A stretch of DNA of 64,000 nucleotides from an uncultured cyanobacterium (GTDB lineage: Bacteria; Cyanobacteriota; Cyanobacteriia; Cyanobacteriales; Nostocaceae). How positions within the stretch are numbered: position 1 is the first letter of the stretch; every line of letters starts with the position of its first letter. The notes beneath the pieces were generated by a model. The model was not told the DNA's origin. It ran no database searches and worked only from the letters and a program-made list of their open reading frames with translations. Location of the stretch: contig CAVUDP010000002.1 in the NCBI GenBank assembly GCA_963740315.1, positions 3,104,001-3,168,000 on the forward strand, read 5' to 3'. Both the position numbers and the translations under genes were made by a program. This document shows, one piece after another, positions 63,173 to 64,000 of this stretch.

Positions 63173-64000
63173 CTAAATTCCGAAAGCAAGTTCCCAATTC
63201 TTTAATTTGCCTACATCTTCTGGAGCCGTATCAATAATCCATAATTGCCAGCGCCCTTTGGCTGACTGATTGAGTAAATTTTTCAAAACTGGATGGGTTT
63301 GCACGCAATAGGTGGTTTGTAATTCGTTACGACGACCTAAAGTACGACTTTGCAATAACACCCGTTGATTGTTGGGGGCAATTAAGTAAATTTCAATATC
63401 GCCCAGAAATTCATGTTGGATGTTGACGGTAACTTGAATATCGCGAACGGAGTTGGATTCAGATATAATAATTCCGCTTTTTATCCCTTCTTTGTAATTA
63501 TCGGGAATAGATAATACTGCATTATTACGTCCTCTTATATTGCTAGTTGCAACTGCGGCATTAACTTGAAGCTTTTGCGCTGCTATAAGCGCTCTATACG
63601 CATTTACTTTTCCGAAACCAAACCATTTTGAATGACCGTTATCATCGTAAGTTCCATAACGCAAACCTAATTGTGCGTCGGGTTCTAAATCAACTATTTT
63701 ATCGGCGGTTTCTTCAAGTATGCGTTTTACTTGTTGAACATTTATGTCAGGGTTCGCTGACAAAACCAGCGCTGCAACTCCAGCAACTACGGGAGTGGCG
63801 CTAGAAGTGCCGCCAAAATAATGAGTAAAATCGCCGATCGCGTAACCTGCGGCTCCTAATCGATCGGTTGTGAATATTGCCTTTCCTGGAAGTGAAGCTG
63901 CGATCGCGGGTTGAGTATAGATAAAACCCGTTTGTTCAAACCACATTCCTGGTTGAGCATTATTGCTGGGGGCGCAGACGGAAATATTAGTACCCCAATT
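63173..64000 (-). CDS. S8 subtilisin-like peptidase with P-proprotein domain (C-terminal part; 5' end outside window)
   Basis: GGTSSATP catalytic Ser motif, FGFGKVN, HEFLGDI...GRWQL. Confidence 0.92.
   Translation of the reverse strand, partial: NWGTNISVCAPSNNAQPGMWFEQTGFIYTQPAIAASLPGKAIFTTDRLGAAGYAIGDFTHYFGGTSSATPVVAGVAALVLSANPDINVQQVKRILEETADKIVDLEPDAQLGLRYGTYDDNGHSKWFGFGKVNAYRALIAAQKLQVNAAVATSNIRGRNNAVLSIPDNYKEGIKSGIIISESNSVRDIQVTVNIQHEFLGDIEIYLIAPNNQRVLLQSRTLGRRNELQTTYCVQTHPVLKNLLNQSAKGRWQLWIIDTAPEDVGKLKNWELAFGI

Overview
AT-rich chromosomal window from a filamentous cyanobacterium, probably Nostocales. This is inferred from frequent HIP1 GCGATCGC octamers, heptameric STRR arrays in most intergenic gaps, and psaE/psb28/ndhO. 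Most of the window is housekeeping (era, rlmN, cobM, lgt, coaD, tldD/tldE, cysS, dtd, mraY, mutM, pgi, hemA, glpX, grxC, tadA, plsC). Two accessory blocks stand out. (1) 36.0-42.4 kb: a co-oriented cluster of a Lys-rich (histone-H1-like)/winged-helix protein, a paralogous winged-helix protein, a large P-loop ATPase and a PUA/ASCH-like (DUF1802-like) + PD-(D/E)XK nuclease protein, followed by a diverged, catalytically deleted copy of the nuclease 3' end. This is the best candidate for an uncharacterised defence or nucleoid system. (2) 11.7-19.8 kb: a decaying cluster with two asparagine-synthetase-like genes and a divergent decarboxylase, damaged by a 22-nt insertion in a HIP1 site, tandem duplication, stops and deletions, and interrupted by a 1.6-kb cargo bracketed by the two halves of a REP-like element. 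Also present are nested small dispersed repeats, a TnpB 3' remnant, a duplicated gene 3' end around a SnoaL gene, and candidate Yfr1 target sites. No rRNA, tRNA or CRISPR array was recognised. All family assignments are from motif recognition and memory, not database searches.
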